From NCBI GenBank assembly GCA_903916665.1, contig CAIWXP010000190.1, forward strand, positions 1 through 18,617: 18,617 bases of DNA, given 5' to 3'. The notes beneath the pieces are model-generated. The model had not been told where the DNA came from, did not search any database, and worked only from the letters and a program-made list of their open reading frames with translations. Below, one piece after another: positions 1 through 7,418 of this stretch. The DNA is from Candidatus Iainarchaeum sp. GTDB lineage: Archaea > Iainarchaeota > Iainarchaeia > Iainarchaeales > 0-14-0-20-30-16. The position numbers and the translations under genes were made by a program. Position 1 is the stretch's first letter, and each line of letters opens with the position of its first letter.

Positions 1-106
1 ATTTTGGATTTCAACATTAATTGGATATTTGTGCATAAAAACAGAAAATCCAAGACTATTAATGATAACCTGTATTATTATTCCTGTGTTGATTTACTTT
101 ATTTAA

Positions 107-862
107 TTATTTTGGTTTTTGTTGCAATCTTTGTAATACAGTAAATCTATCTCTATGTTCTTTTAATTTTGTTTGTAGTCTCGCTTGTTGATTCCTTGCA
201 ACTCTATCAATTAGAGATTTTAATCTAAAATGCGCTGTATTTTCATATTGAAACGCATCATCCAATAAAATTCTTTTTTCATCATTATATTGTTCTCTAA
301 TACCGTTTTGATTACCACTTAAAACTTCAGATCTAATTTGAACATATCTTTCAATCCACTTTTCATAAAATTTTCTGTTTTTAAATAAGTCTATTTTTAT
401 TTCTGATGCAATTCCTAAATTAACTAAACCATTACGCAAAAACGGCATATGATATGCACCACACAAAACAAATAACTCTCTGTTCCCTTTTGATAATGTT
501 TTAACAATTCTTTTTATTGCGCCGGCTTCTCTTTGAGGGCCAACTCTTTCTGCTTCTTCAATAGTTAAATTTTGATTTCTTGCACGCACATTTTGAAGTT
601 TAGATCTATAAACTTGTACTTCTAATGGCACTACATTTATATTTCGCAATCTACAAGTTAGCAGCACTTCTATTGTGGCTACTGTCCCCGATGATGTTTT
701 TTGTTCTAATTCTTTTAAAGATATATTCCTACCTACTAAATTTACTTTTTCAAAAAGAGACCTATAAACTGGTAATAATCCTTCTGGATGAACTGGTTTT
801 CCTTGTAAATAATCAATTAACAAATTATAAAAATCATGATCAAATGGAGACCCCTCTATCAT
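107..862 (-). CDS. hypothetical protein (251 aa); possible distant TraB/Tiki/ChaN-type fold, product uncertain
   Basis: Long uninterrupted ORF in a stop-codon-rich AT background. ATG at 862 has no SD and a T/A box 26-34 nt upstream, which is a leaderless-type layout. The segment QREAGAIKRI...ELFVLCGAYHMPFL resembles the ERDxxM ... GxGH motif pair of TraB/Tiki-type proteins. The N-terminal GxxH motif is not clearly present, so the family call is weak. Confidence 0.6.
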   Translation of the reverse strand: MIEGSPFDHDFYNLLIDYLQGKPVHPEGLLPVYRSLFEKVNLVGRNISLKELEQKTSSGTVATIEVLLTCRLRNINVVPLEVQVYRSKLQNVRARNQNLTIEEAERVGPQREAGAIKRIVKTLSKGNRELFVLCGAYHMPFLRNGLVNLGIASEIKIDLFKNRKFYEKWIERYVQIRSEVLSGNQNGIREQYNDEKRILLDDAFQYENTAHFRLKSLIDRVARNQQARLQTKLKEHRDRFTVLQRLQQKPK

Positions 863-887
863 AATTATTGATCCTTAGGGTAATTTC

Positions 888-902
888 TTTATATAACTTA
901 AT
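888..902 (-). promoter_or_regulatory. TATA box plus BRE-position TAAG motif for the 107-862 gene
   Basis: Read on the minus strand this is ATTAAG-TTATATAAA. The T/A box centre (~892) lies about 30 nt upstream of ATG 862. The same TAAG+TTTATATA architecture recurs upstream of three other minus-strand genes in the window. Confidence 0.4.
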
Positions 903-911
903 ATGTCCACC

Positions 912-929
912 TGTGCCTGTGTAGGCACA
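912..929. repeat. perfect inverted repeat TGTGCCT-gtgt-AGGCACA; candidate operator or RNA hairpin
   Basis: 7-bp GC-rich arms with a 4-bp spacer, read directly from the sequence. It lies between two divergent genes, so it is not a terminator. The repeat itself is certain; its function is unknown. Confidence 0.6.
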
Positions 930-984
930 CTATGTATCCAGGGAATTAAATTTACCTTTGCCATAAATATATTTACATATATCT

Positions 985-995
985 TTTTAATATAC
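985..995 (+). promoter_or_regulatory. T/A box (tttttaatata) for the leaderless-type 1015-1338 gene
   Basis: Centre at ~990 lies about 25 nt upstream of ATG 1015. No SD-like sequence lies in between. Confidence 0.35.
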
Positions 996-1014
996 TTTGT
1001 TATAATATTATTTT

Positions 1015-1338
1015 ATGGATAATGAGACTAAGAAGAATTTTACTATATTTTTGGAAAGCAACCCTAAAATATATGCAATTGCAAAAAGCGAAGTGTGTAT
1101 TCAATTATTAACTCATCTTTCTACTCAAGGATTATCTGTAGAAGATATAAAACAAATATCTAAATTTAGCTATATGTCAGAAAAAGATATTGAAACTCTT
1201 TTGGAATTATTGGTTACATTAAAAGTATTGGCAAAACAACAAATTGTAGGAAAAATAATTTACTATGCAAATGAAGGAACAAAAATGTTTTTAGAAATTT
1301 ACAACGAAACAAAAAAGCAATACAGTGTTGGCAAATGA
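1015..1338 (+). CDS. small hypothetical protein (107 aa), winged-helix-like
   Basis: ORF with an ATG start and a leaderless-type promoter geometry. It is helix-rich, and the C-terminal GKIIYYANEGTKMF looks like a wing hairpin after a helix-turn-helix-like stretch (LSVEDIKQISKFSYMSEKDIETLLELL). This is pattern recognition only. It sits directly upstream of taw3 on the same strand. Confidence 0.5.
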   Translation: MDNETKKNFTIFLESNPKIYAIAKSEVCIQLLTHLSTQGLSVEDIKQISKFSYMSEKDIETLLELLVTLKVLAKQQIVGKIIYYANEGTKMFLEIYNETKKQYSVGK

Positions 1339-1351
1339 AAATGGGATATTT

Positions 1352-1951
1352 ATGAAAACTGACTTACAAGAAATAAGATTTAAGATGACAAAAACTACTA
1401 GCATGGGCAAGCTAGCATCAGCAATAAATGAAAAAAAAGCAGATGCCATGTTAATACCTTTTTTAAAAAGATTTAATAAAAAGAAAAATATATTTACAAG
1501 CTCAAGTTGCTGCGGAAGAATAATGTTATTGGGCGCAGATGAAGAAGAAAAAAAAATGCCTGGTTTGTTTATGGGCAAATGGCACAGAACTGTAAAATTA
1601 AAGGAAGTTTTAGATGTTTTAAAAAAAGATTTAGATTTTCCAGAAATTTGGTTAAAGCAAGAATCCTATATTTTTCATTTGGTTTGTAAAGATTTAGAAA
1701 CAGCAGAAAAAGTTTTAAAATTAAAAGCTAGTTTGGGAATAAGAAGAGGTGGAATTTTTACAATAGATGAGGGTAGATATATTATTGAATTAATTGGCTC
1801 AGGTAATATGAGTATGCCTGTTAAATTTGGCAAAGAAATATTATTTGATGAAAAACAATTAGAAAAAATAATTAAAAAAGCAAATCAAAAGCTAACAAGA
1901 AATTATTCTATTTTAAAAAACATAATGAAAGTATTCCAAAAAGAATTATAA
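1352..1951 (+). CDS. taw3: tRNA wyosine-derivative methyltransferase Taw3 (TYW3 family)
   Basis: TSSSCCGR, encoded at 1496-1519, fits the (S/T)xSSCxGR motif that defines TYW3/Taw3. The ~200 aa size is typical. The ORF-track start (GTG 1325) overlaps the upstream gene by 14 nt; I use the first ATG at 1352. Confidence 0.75.
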   Translation: MKTDLQEIRFKMTKTTSMGKLASAINEKKADAMLIPFLKRFNKKKNIFTSSSCCGRIMLLGADEEEKKMPGLFMGKWHRTVKLKEVLDVLKKDLDFPEIWLKQESYIFHLVCKDLETAEKVLKLKASLGIRRGGIFTIDEGRYIIELIGSGNMSMPVKFGKEILFDEKQLEKIIKKANQKLTRNYSILKNIMKVFQKEL

Positions 1952-1959
1952 AAACAAAT

Positions 1960-3111
1960 TTAATTTGAAACTATTTCGCCATTCTTAACAACATCTATCG
2001 CTACTTCAGAAATTGCATTTCTATTTCCATCAAATGTAACGTGACCTGATGCGCCATTCCAATTAATTTCAGAAAAATATGTTATTAATTTTTCTGGATC
2101 TTTCCCTACTTTATTTACTCCTTGTAAAATCATATATGCCGAATCATAGTATGTTGCCAAATATGTTTTTGGTATTGGCCCTTCCAATGTACCATAGTTA
2201 TCTTTATATTGCTTAAACAAATTCTGTGCGCTAGTATTATTTTCGTCAAACACCAAACTTACAAAAACAGTTCCTTCAACAACATCTAAAAGATTATTTT
2301 GTTTATAATAATTCATTGCTTCTTCGCTTATCAAAGAGTCTGATGCATATATTTGAGGGTAATAATTTTGTTCTTTCATTTCTTTTAAAAGAGTTTGTGA
2401 ACTTTTATAGGACTGTACAATTATAAAAATATTTTTTACATTTGCATCTTTAAATTTTGATACTGTTGTTTTGAAATCAACATTATCTGCATTAAAATTC
2501 TCCGCAAATTTAATTTTTCCTTTACTAGCAACAAAATCGTCTTGAAATACTTTATTTACACTCTGCGCAAAATCAGTATTTTCAGCAATTACTGATACTT
2601 CGTCTACTCCTTGTTGCACTAAATAGGGCGCTAATTTCTTTATTCCTGTTTCTTCATTTCCAATTGTTCTAAAAACAAATTTACTTACATTACCTACTTT
2701 CACACCCGTTGCACCAGGAGCAAATAATATTTTTTTATTTTGCTCTGTAATTGGCGCTATTGCTAAAATTTCCCCTGTACAAAAACCAATTAAAAAATCT
2801 ACATTATTAACTTCAATTAATTTATTTGCTGCACTTATTGCGTCTTTACCATTACATTTTCCATCTTCGTATATTGCTTCAATTTTTAAATTAGAATTTT
2901 TATTTATATTGTCAACGGCTAATTTAAATGCATTTACAGCATATTCTCCATAGGCGGCCGCATTACCCGTCATAGGATATACAACTCCAATTTTTATTGT
3001 TTTATTATTTTCAGATAATGAAAACAAACCCAATGTGTTTGCACCAAATATACCTACTAAAACAACAATAACAATTCCTATTCCTAACAATACCTTAATT
3101 TCATTTTTCAT
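1960..3111 (-). CDS. membrane-anchored ABC-type branched-chain amino acid (Leu/Ile/Val-type) substrate-binding protein; no cognate permease or ATPase nearby
   Basis: KIGVVYPMTGNAAAYGEYAVNAFKLAVDNINK is a classic type-I periplasmic-binding-protein (LivK-like) N-terminus, and the ~380 aa size fits. An N-terminal hydrophobic helix (VLLGIGIVIVVLVGIFG) has no lipobox Cys. The track start is GTG 3120. ATG 3111 is preceded by GAGTGA 5 nt upstream, so I prefer it. Confidence 0.85.
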   Translation of the reverse strand: MKNEIKVLLGIGIVIVVLVGIFGANTLGLFSLSENNKTIKIGVVYPMTGNAAAYGEYAVNAFKLAVDNINKNSNLKIEAIYEDGKCNGKDAISAANKLIEVNNVDFLIGFCTGEILAIAPITEQNKKILFAPGATGVKVGNVSKFVFRTIGNEETGIKKLAPYLVQQGVDEVSVIAENTDFAQSVNKVFQDDFVASKGKIKFAENFNADNVDFKTTVSKFKDANVKNIFIIVQSYKSSQTLLKEMKEQNYYPQIYASDSLISEEAMNYYKQNNLLDVVEGTVFVSLVFDENNTSAQNLFKQYKDNYGTLEGPIPKTYLATYYDSAYMILQGVNKVGKDPEKLITYFSEINWNGASGHVTFDGNRNAISEVAIDVVKNGEIVSN

Positions 3112-3200
3112 ATATTTCACTCAAATAATATTTTAACTAATATCTTGGCAAGTAACAATTATATAAAAATTATTCTTATAATTTCAACCAATTTAGGCAT

Positions 3201-3215
3201 ATATTTATATTAAAA
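3201..3215 (+). promoter_or_regulatory. T/A box (atatttatattaaaa) for the leaderless-type Lrp gene
   Basis: Centre at ~3208 lies about 26 nt upstream of ATG 3234, with no SD. Confidence 0.35.
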
Positions 3216-3233
3216 TGTCTTTTTCAGTATATT

Positions 3234-4193
3234 ATGGAAGAAAAAGTGTCTCAAAAGGATATGAGCATAATTTGTGAATTAGATCATAATGCTCGCCAAT
3301 CAATAAATCAAATAGGCGCAAAAACAAGATTATCCCCAGAAACAGTTAAGTATAGAATTAATAAATTAGAAGATAGTGAAGTTATAACTGGATATCATGT
3401 AATGGTTGATTATAATAAATTAGGTTTACATCATTTCAAAGTATGTATTAAATTTAATGGAATAGATCAAAAAAAAGAGGATGAATTTTATTCAAAGTTG
3501 TATCCAATTAACGAAATTATTTGGATTGCAAAATGTAGAGGTTGTTGGGATTCAATAATATCTTGTACAGTAAACAATGCAGAAGATATTGTTACTTTTA
3601 GAAATAAGATTGTTTCATTAGGACATGAAATAATTGAAGATTATAAAATTTCTATTTTAATGCGATTTTATATTAGACCTAGAGATTTTTTAATAAATAA
3701 AAAGTCAGACTTAAAAGAATCTTTGCCATCCAAAGAAATTGAATTAGATAAAATTGATATTGATGTTCTAAATTTGTTATCAAAAAATTCAAGACAATCT
3801 TCTGTAAACATTGGTAAAGAATTAAATATATCCCCAAAAACAGCAATAAGAAGAATTAAAAAATTAAAAGATGCCGGAATAATAATGTGCTGTAGACCCA
3901 TATTAGATAATTTAAAAATAGGAATATTTAATTACAAAGTATTTATTTATTTGAAAGATCCTAACTTGCCAAGATTTAATGAATTACTTAAAGAGCTAAG
4001 TGCAAATCAAAATATGGTTATTTGTATAAAAAGTTTATCCTATTGGCATTTGGAACCAGAATTCCATTTTTTCAATGAAAATGAATTATATGAATTAATT
4101 CAAAAGTTAAAAGATAAATATTCTGATACAATAGAAAAAATAGAATACTGTACAGTTACAAAAGAATATAAGTACACAGCTTTTTACAAATAA
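3234..4193 (+). CDS. tandem (covalently duplicated) Lrp/AsnC-family transcriptional regulator
   Basis: The protein contains two complete HTH+RAM units. Unit 1 is DMSIICELDHNARQSINQIGAKTRLSPETVKYRINKLEDSEVITGY followed by a RAM-like domain. Unit 2 is IDIDVLNLLSKNSRQSSVNIGKELNISPKTAIRRIKKLKDAGII followed by a second RAM-like domain. At 319 aa it is about twice a normal Lrp. Confidence 0.85.
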   Translation: MEEKVSQKDMSIICELDHNARQSINQIGAKTRLSPETVKYRINKLEDSEVITGYHVMVDYNKLGLHHFKVCIKFNGIDQKKEDEFYSKLYPINEIIWIAKCRGCWDSIISCTVNNAEDIVTFRNKIVSLGHEIIEDYKISILMRFYIRPRDFLINKKSDLKESLPSKEIELDKIDIDVLNLLSKNSRQSSVNIGKELNISPKTAIRRIKKLKDAGIIMCCRPILDNLKIGIFNYKVFIYLKDPNLPRFNELLKELSANQNMVICIKSLSYWHLEPEFHFFNENELYELIQKLKDKYSDTIEKIEYCTVTKEYKYTAFYK

Positions 4194-4241
4194 AAACAAA
4201 AATAAAAAAAGATAAAGAAAAGAATTCATTAACGAATTCTT
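4194..4241 (-). terminator. hairpin plus T-tract downstream of aCPSF1
   Basis: An 8-bp stem AAGAATTC (4220-4227) / GAATTCTT (4234-4241) has a 6-nt loop that contains the aCPSF1 stop codon (4229-4231). On the minus strand it is followed by ttctttatctttttttatttttgttt. Oligo-T is the accepted archaeal termination signal. Confidence 0.4.
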
Positions 4242-6121
4242 AAACATTCTAGATTCTTAGGTGCGTAGCAAGATACATTAAATCTTTGAGATACATATTT
4301 TGCAAATGCAACACACTTTTCTTCTTCACCGTGATCTATGTAAATTCTTTTTGGCATTGGATTTAAATTTCTAATATAATTTACCAATTGATTTCTATCG
4401 CAGTGTCCAGAAAATCCTTCAATTGTAATTATTTCCATATTAATTGCAATTCTTTTTAATCTTCCTTGTGCATCGGTTATTGTTGCTTCTTTTAGACCAT
4501 CCTGTAATCTTCTTCCTAAAGAGCCTTGAGATTGCCAACCAACAAATACCAATGTGTTTTTAGGATTCTCGCACATCTTTTGGAAAAACTCAACAGAATA
4601 ACCCCCGGTCATCATACCAGAAGTTGCTAAAATAACATTTCCTGGAGAATTTAATATGGGTTCCATTCCTGCTTTATTTTCCAATTCTTTAAATATTGGA
4701 GAACTAAATGGAGAATTATTTTGCAACACTCTACGCTTTAAATTATCTTTAAAATAATCTGGATAGGCTGTATGAACTGCACAAACTTCTCTAATTAATC
4801 CTGCCAAATAAACATTATTTGTTCCCAATCTATTTCTTCTATAATATTCCTCTAAAACTAACATTACTTCTTGAGATCTTCCAACAGCAAAAACAGGAAT
4901 CAAAACATTTCCACCACGCTTAACTGTTTCATTTATCACACTTATTAATCTATCTTCAGCAACATTTCTTGGTGGCATAATATCATTATTTCCACCATAG
5001 GTACTTTCTAAAATTAATGTTTCCAATCTTGGATAATTTTCTTCTAAATTATTAAACAATCTTGTAAAACCAAATTTAATATCTGCAGAATACATTAAAT
5101 TATGTGCGCCATCACCAATGTGTAAATGAACACTTGCAGAACCTAAAATATGTGCTGCATTATGAAATGTTAATCTAATATCAGGTGTAATATCAGTTAC
5201 TTCATCATAGTCTCTTGGTATAACATGTTTTAACATTTGATAAATGTCTGCTTCACTATAGGGTGCATCAGATCCTTCTTTACCCGAAACATTCAAATAA
5301 TCGAATTGTAATACTACCATTAAATCTCTTGTTGGTGTTGTACAATAGGTTGGGCCATTGTAGCCCATCTTATACAAATAAGGCAAGAATGCTGCATGGT
5401 CTGTGTGTGCGTGTGAAATAATTACTGCATCAATATCTGAAATCGCATAACCCATACTTTCTAATTCTGGATAGGCATCCCCATTATTGCTTGCAGGATT
5501 TACACCACAATCCAATAATATTTTTGAATTTGCAGTTTCTAATAAAATACAACTTCTTCCAACTTCTCTAAAAGCACCTAAACAACAAAATCTAACCCAA
5601 TCTTTTTTACTATGTTTTTCTGCAAATATTTTTTCTGCAGCATAGGCATAATTCTTTTTTCTTTCTGTACTACTTTTGTATAATACTCCACGAATTTTAT
5701 GCAAGTATTGTCCTTCAATGGTTGGCTTTCTTAAAATAGTTGGTGTCCATTTTGTTTGTTGAATAATTGCTTTACTTGTTTGCCCACCTTTACCAATAAC
5801 CAATCCAGGTTTCAATGCTTCAATAACAACTTCTGCAAATGCAGTATCAAAATAAACTGCAGATACTCCCGCATCCTCTGGAATTAATTTTAAAATAGTA
5901 CTTTTTGCTTGTTCTGCTTCCATTAATTCTGAAATATCACTTCTAACATTTACTTTCTTCTTTAATGAAAAAGCTAGGTTTGAAATGTATTTATCATTTT
6001 CATAAAATTTTGAAATGTTTTTTGTATAAATATAAATTTCTGGTCCCAAAAATTCAATTTTACTTGTTGAAACATCATTTAAAACATTTTTAATTTCTTT
6101 AATAATATCTTCTTTCATCAT
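4229..6121 (-). CDS. fttA: aCPSF1/FttA: KH-domain metallo-beta-lactamase beta-CASP ribonuclease
   Basis: N-terminal KH region with a GxxG loop (VIGKGGQTSKAI) and the metallo-beta-lactamase motif HAHTDHAAF. The 630 aa length and the beta-CASP C-terminal part are typical of archaeal CPSF1. GGTGAT lies 6 nt upstream of ATG 6121. Confidence 0.93.
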   Translation of the reverse strand: MMKEDIIKEIKNVLNDVSTSKIEFLGPEIYIYTKNISKFYENDKYISNLAFSLKKKVNVRSDISELMEAEQAKSTILKLIPEDAGVSAVYFDTAFAEVVIEALKPGLVIGKGGQTSKAIIQQTKWTPTILRKPTIEGQYLHKIRGVLYKSSTERKKNYAYAAEKIFAEKHSKKDWVRFCCLGAFREVGRSCILLETANSKILLDCGVNPASNNGDAYPELESMGYAISDIDAVIISHAHTDHAAFLPYLYKMGYNGPTYCTTPTRDLMVVLQFDYLNVSGKEGSDAPYSEADIYQMLKHVIPRDYDEVTDITPDIRLTFHNAAHILGSASVHLHIGDGAHNLMYSADIKFGFTRLFNNLEENYPRLETLILESTYGGNNDIMPPRNVAEDRLISVINETVKRGGNVLIPVFAVGRSQEVMLVLEEYYRRNRLGTNNVYLAGLIREVCAVHTAYPDYFKDNLKRRVLQNNSPFSSPIFKELENKAGMEPILNSPGNVILATSGMMTGGYSVEFFQKMCENPKNTLVFVGWQSQGSLGRRLQDGLKEATITDAQGRLKRIAINMEIITIEGFSGHCDRNQLVNYIRNLNPMPKRIYIDHGEEEKCVAFAKYVSQRFNVSCYAPKNLECLRIR

Positions 6122-6254
6122 TTTAAATCACCAAAAATTCGAAACTCTAGTTAAATATAAAATTTCAATTAAACTAGATCTATTTTTTTTATTAATTTGC
6201 ACTAAGCCACCAATTTGGAAATTAGGATTTTAATTTATTTAATTTTAAAACTTT

Positions 6255-6875
6255 TTATTCTTTTGATATAAATTCGATTCCTTTTTTATCAATAAAATAA
6301 ACATCAATTTTATCTCCACCACTCATTACATCTCTTTTCTTGGCAGATTTTATTGCATCGCAAACTAAATTTATTGCTTCGTCTTTAGACATTTTTTCTT
6401 TATATTTGCTGTCTAAAACACCCATTGCAAATTCTCCACCAGAACCTGAAGTAGTATATTTTTTTGTTTCATTAGAGCCACCCACAGCATCTATAGAATA
6501 TAATTCTGGGCCAGTTACATAGCCACCCATAATAAAACCAATCATATAAGGATAATATCTATTTGCATTTAATATATTAGAAGTCAAAGTCATTAATGCT
6601 TTAACATTCATTTTTTTATTTCTTTCATTTTCATATAAAGAAGTTTGCATTTTTAAAACTCTAATCATTTGTGCAGCATCCCCAACCGTTCCGGCCAAAG
6701 CCAAAGCAGTATTTGAAGTTATAGGAAATACTTTTTGAGTTTCTAAATCTGATGCCATATAGCCCATTGTGCTTTTCTTATCTGATGCCAATATAACAAA
6801 GTCATTTGTTTTTAATCCTACAATTGTAGTTCCTGATTTTAAAGTAGTTAATTTACTATCATCATGGTTGCTCAA
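6255..6875 (-). CDS. psmB: proteasome subunit beta
   Basis: A short propeptide is followed by the catalytic Thr motif G|TTIVGLK, and GSGG lies near the C-terminal part. At 206 aa the size fits. The only in-frame start is TTG 6875, with GGGGTG 5 nt upstream. Confidence 0.93.
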   Translation of the reverse strand: MSNHDDSKLTTLKSGTTIVGLKTNDFVILASDKKSTMGYMASDLETQKVFPITSNTALALAGTVGDAAQMIRVLKMQTSLYENERNKKMNVKALMTLTSNILNANRYYPYMIGFIMGGYVTGPELYSIDAVGGSNETKKYTTSGSGGEFAMGVLDSKYKEKMSKDEAINLVCDAIKSAKKRDVMSGGDKIDVYFIDKKGIEFISKE

Positions 6876-6927
6876 TGTCGCACCCCTATAAATTATTAAA
6901 ATTAGATAAATAATATTGGAACAAAAG

Positions 6928-6943
6928 ATATATAAACCTTAAC
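6928..6943 (-). promoter_or_regulatory. TATA box plus TAAG motif for psmB
   Basis: The minus-strand reading is GTTAAGG-TTTATATAT. The centre (~6932) would give a ~30-nt leader that includes the SD. It overlaps the stop codon of the upstream gene. Confidence 0.35.
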
Positions 6944-7368
6944 TAGGCCAAAGGAAATTTAGCTTTAATATCCTTTAGGAGATTTGGCATAGTTCTCGCA
7001 GAAACCTTAAAATCTATCAATTCGTCAATAAAATAATAGTTTATTCCATTTAAATCCAATAAAACCATCTCTTTACCAAAAGCTTTGGCAAAGCCTGCTT
7101 CTAAAATACAACCTTCTCCTTTGTCTTTGGCATCGTTGAACAAAACAAAAATATCGCTTTTCTTTAACTCTTTTAAAGCTCTTAAAATTATTTGTTTCTT
7201 AGTTAATATTGGTTCTTTCCAGTTTTCTATATCTCTATAAAAAATAAATGTTTTATAGCCCAAAGATTCAAAACATTTTGATAATTGCTCTAAATTTTTA
7301 CGCAATTTTTTCTTTTCATGTTCAACAAACCTGTAAGCAATGTAAATTCTTTTTTGTTTCATAATCAT
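6943..7368 (-). CDS. nucleoside 2-deoxyribosyltransferase-like protein
   Basis: KRIYIAYRF at the N-terminus and DIFVLFNDAKDKGEGCILEAGFAKAFGKEMVLL match the family pattern D-x-G-t-x-x-E-x-G-x-A-x-A-x-G-K-x-v-x-l, including the catalytic Glu position. The start is ambiguous between TTG 7386 (ORF track), ATG 7368 and ATG 7362. I chose ATG 7368 from promoter geometry. Confidence 0.7.
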   Translation of the reverse strand: MIMKQKRIYIAYRFVEHEKKKLRKNLEQLSKCFESLGYKTFIFYRDIENWKEPILTKKQIILRALKELKKSDIFVLFNDAKDKGEGCILEAGFAKAFGKEMVLLDLNGINYYFIDELIDFKVSARTMPNLLKDIKAKFPLA

Positions 7369-7384
7369 AGAATATATAAAAAGC

Positions 7385-7398
7385 AAAATTATTTAAAA
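7385..7398. promoter_or_regulatory. single T/A box (aaaattatttaaaa) shared by two divergent leaderless-type genes
   Basis: The core ttatttaaaa (7389-7398) is centred at 7393.5. That is exactly midway between ATG 7368 (minus strand) and ATG 7419 (plus strand), 25.5 nt from each. Neither start has an SD. Confidence 0.4.
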
Positions 7399-7418
7399 GA
7401 CCTATCCCTAATTTAGAT

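Noticed and set aside
1-144. Open frame running in from the left edge on the plus strand (…NWIFVHKNRKSKTINDNLYYYSCVDLLYLIILVFVAIFVIQ*). It could be the C-terminus of a membrane protein.
   Set aside because: Only 47 codons are visible, with no recognisable motif. It would overlap the 3' end of the 107-862 gene convergently by 38 nt. It cannot be supported without sequence to the left.
625-1578. ORF-track entries 625-864 (+) and 1291-1578 (-).
   Set aside because: Both lie antisense within, or across, better-supported genes (107-862 and taw3). Their translations are low-complexity and hydrophobic, as expected for the reverse frame of AT-rich coding DNA.
4220-4241. Two EcoRI sites here (and a HindIII site at 14864-14869), considered as hints of restriction-modification biology.
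   Set aside because: They are by-products of the inverted repeats. No methyltransferase or endonuclease gene is in the window.
6146-6178. 7-bp inverted repeat TCTAGTT ... AACTAGA bracketing the T/A box upstream of aCPSF1.
   Set aside because: The arms are short and AT-rich with a 19-nt spacer, so a chance occurrence is plausible in this composition. It is worth noting only if conserved in relatives.
3668-6522. ORF-track entries 3668-3901 (-) and 6340-6522 (+).
   Set aside because: These are shadow frames inside the tandem Lrp gene and psmB, both of which have clear family motifs on the opposite strand.
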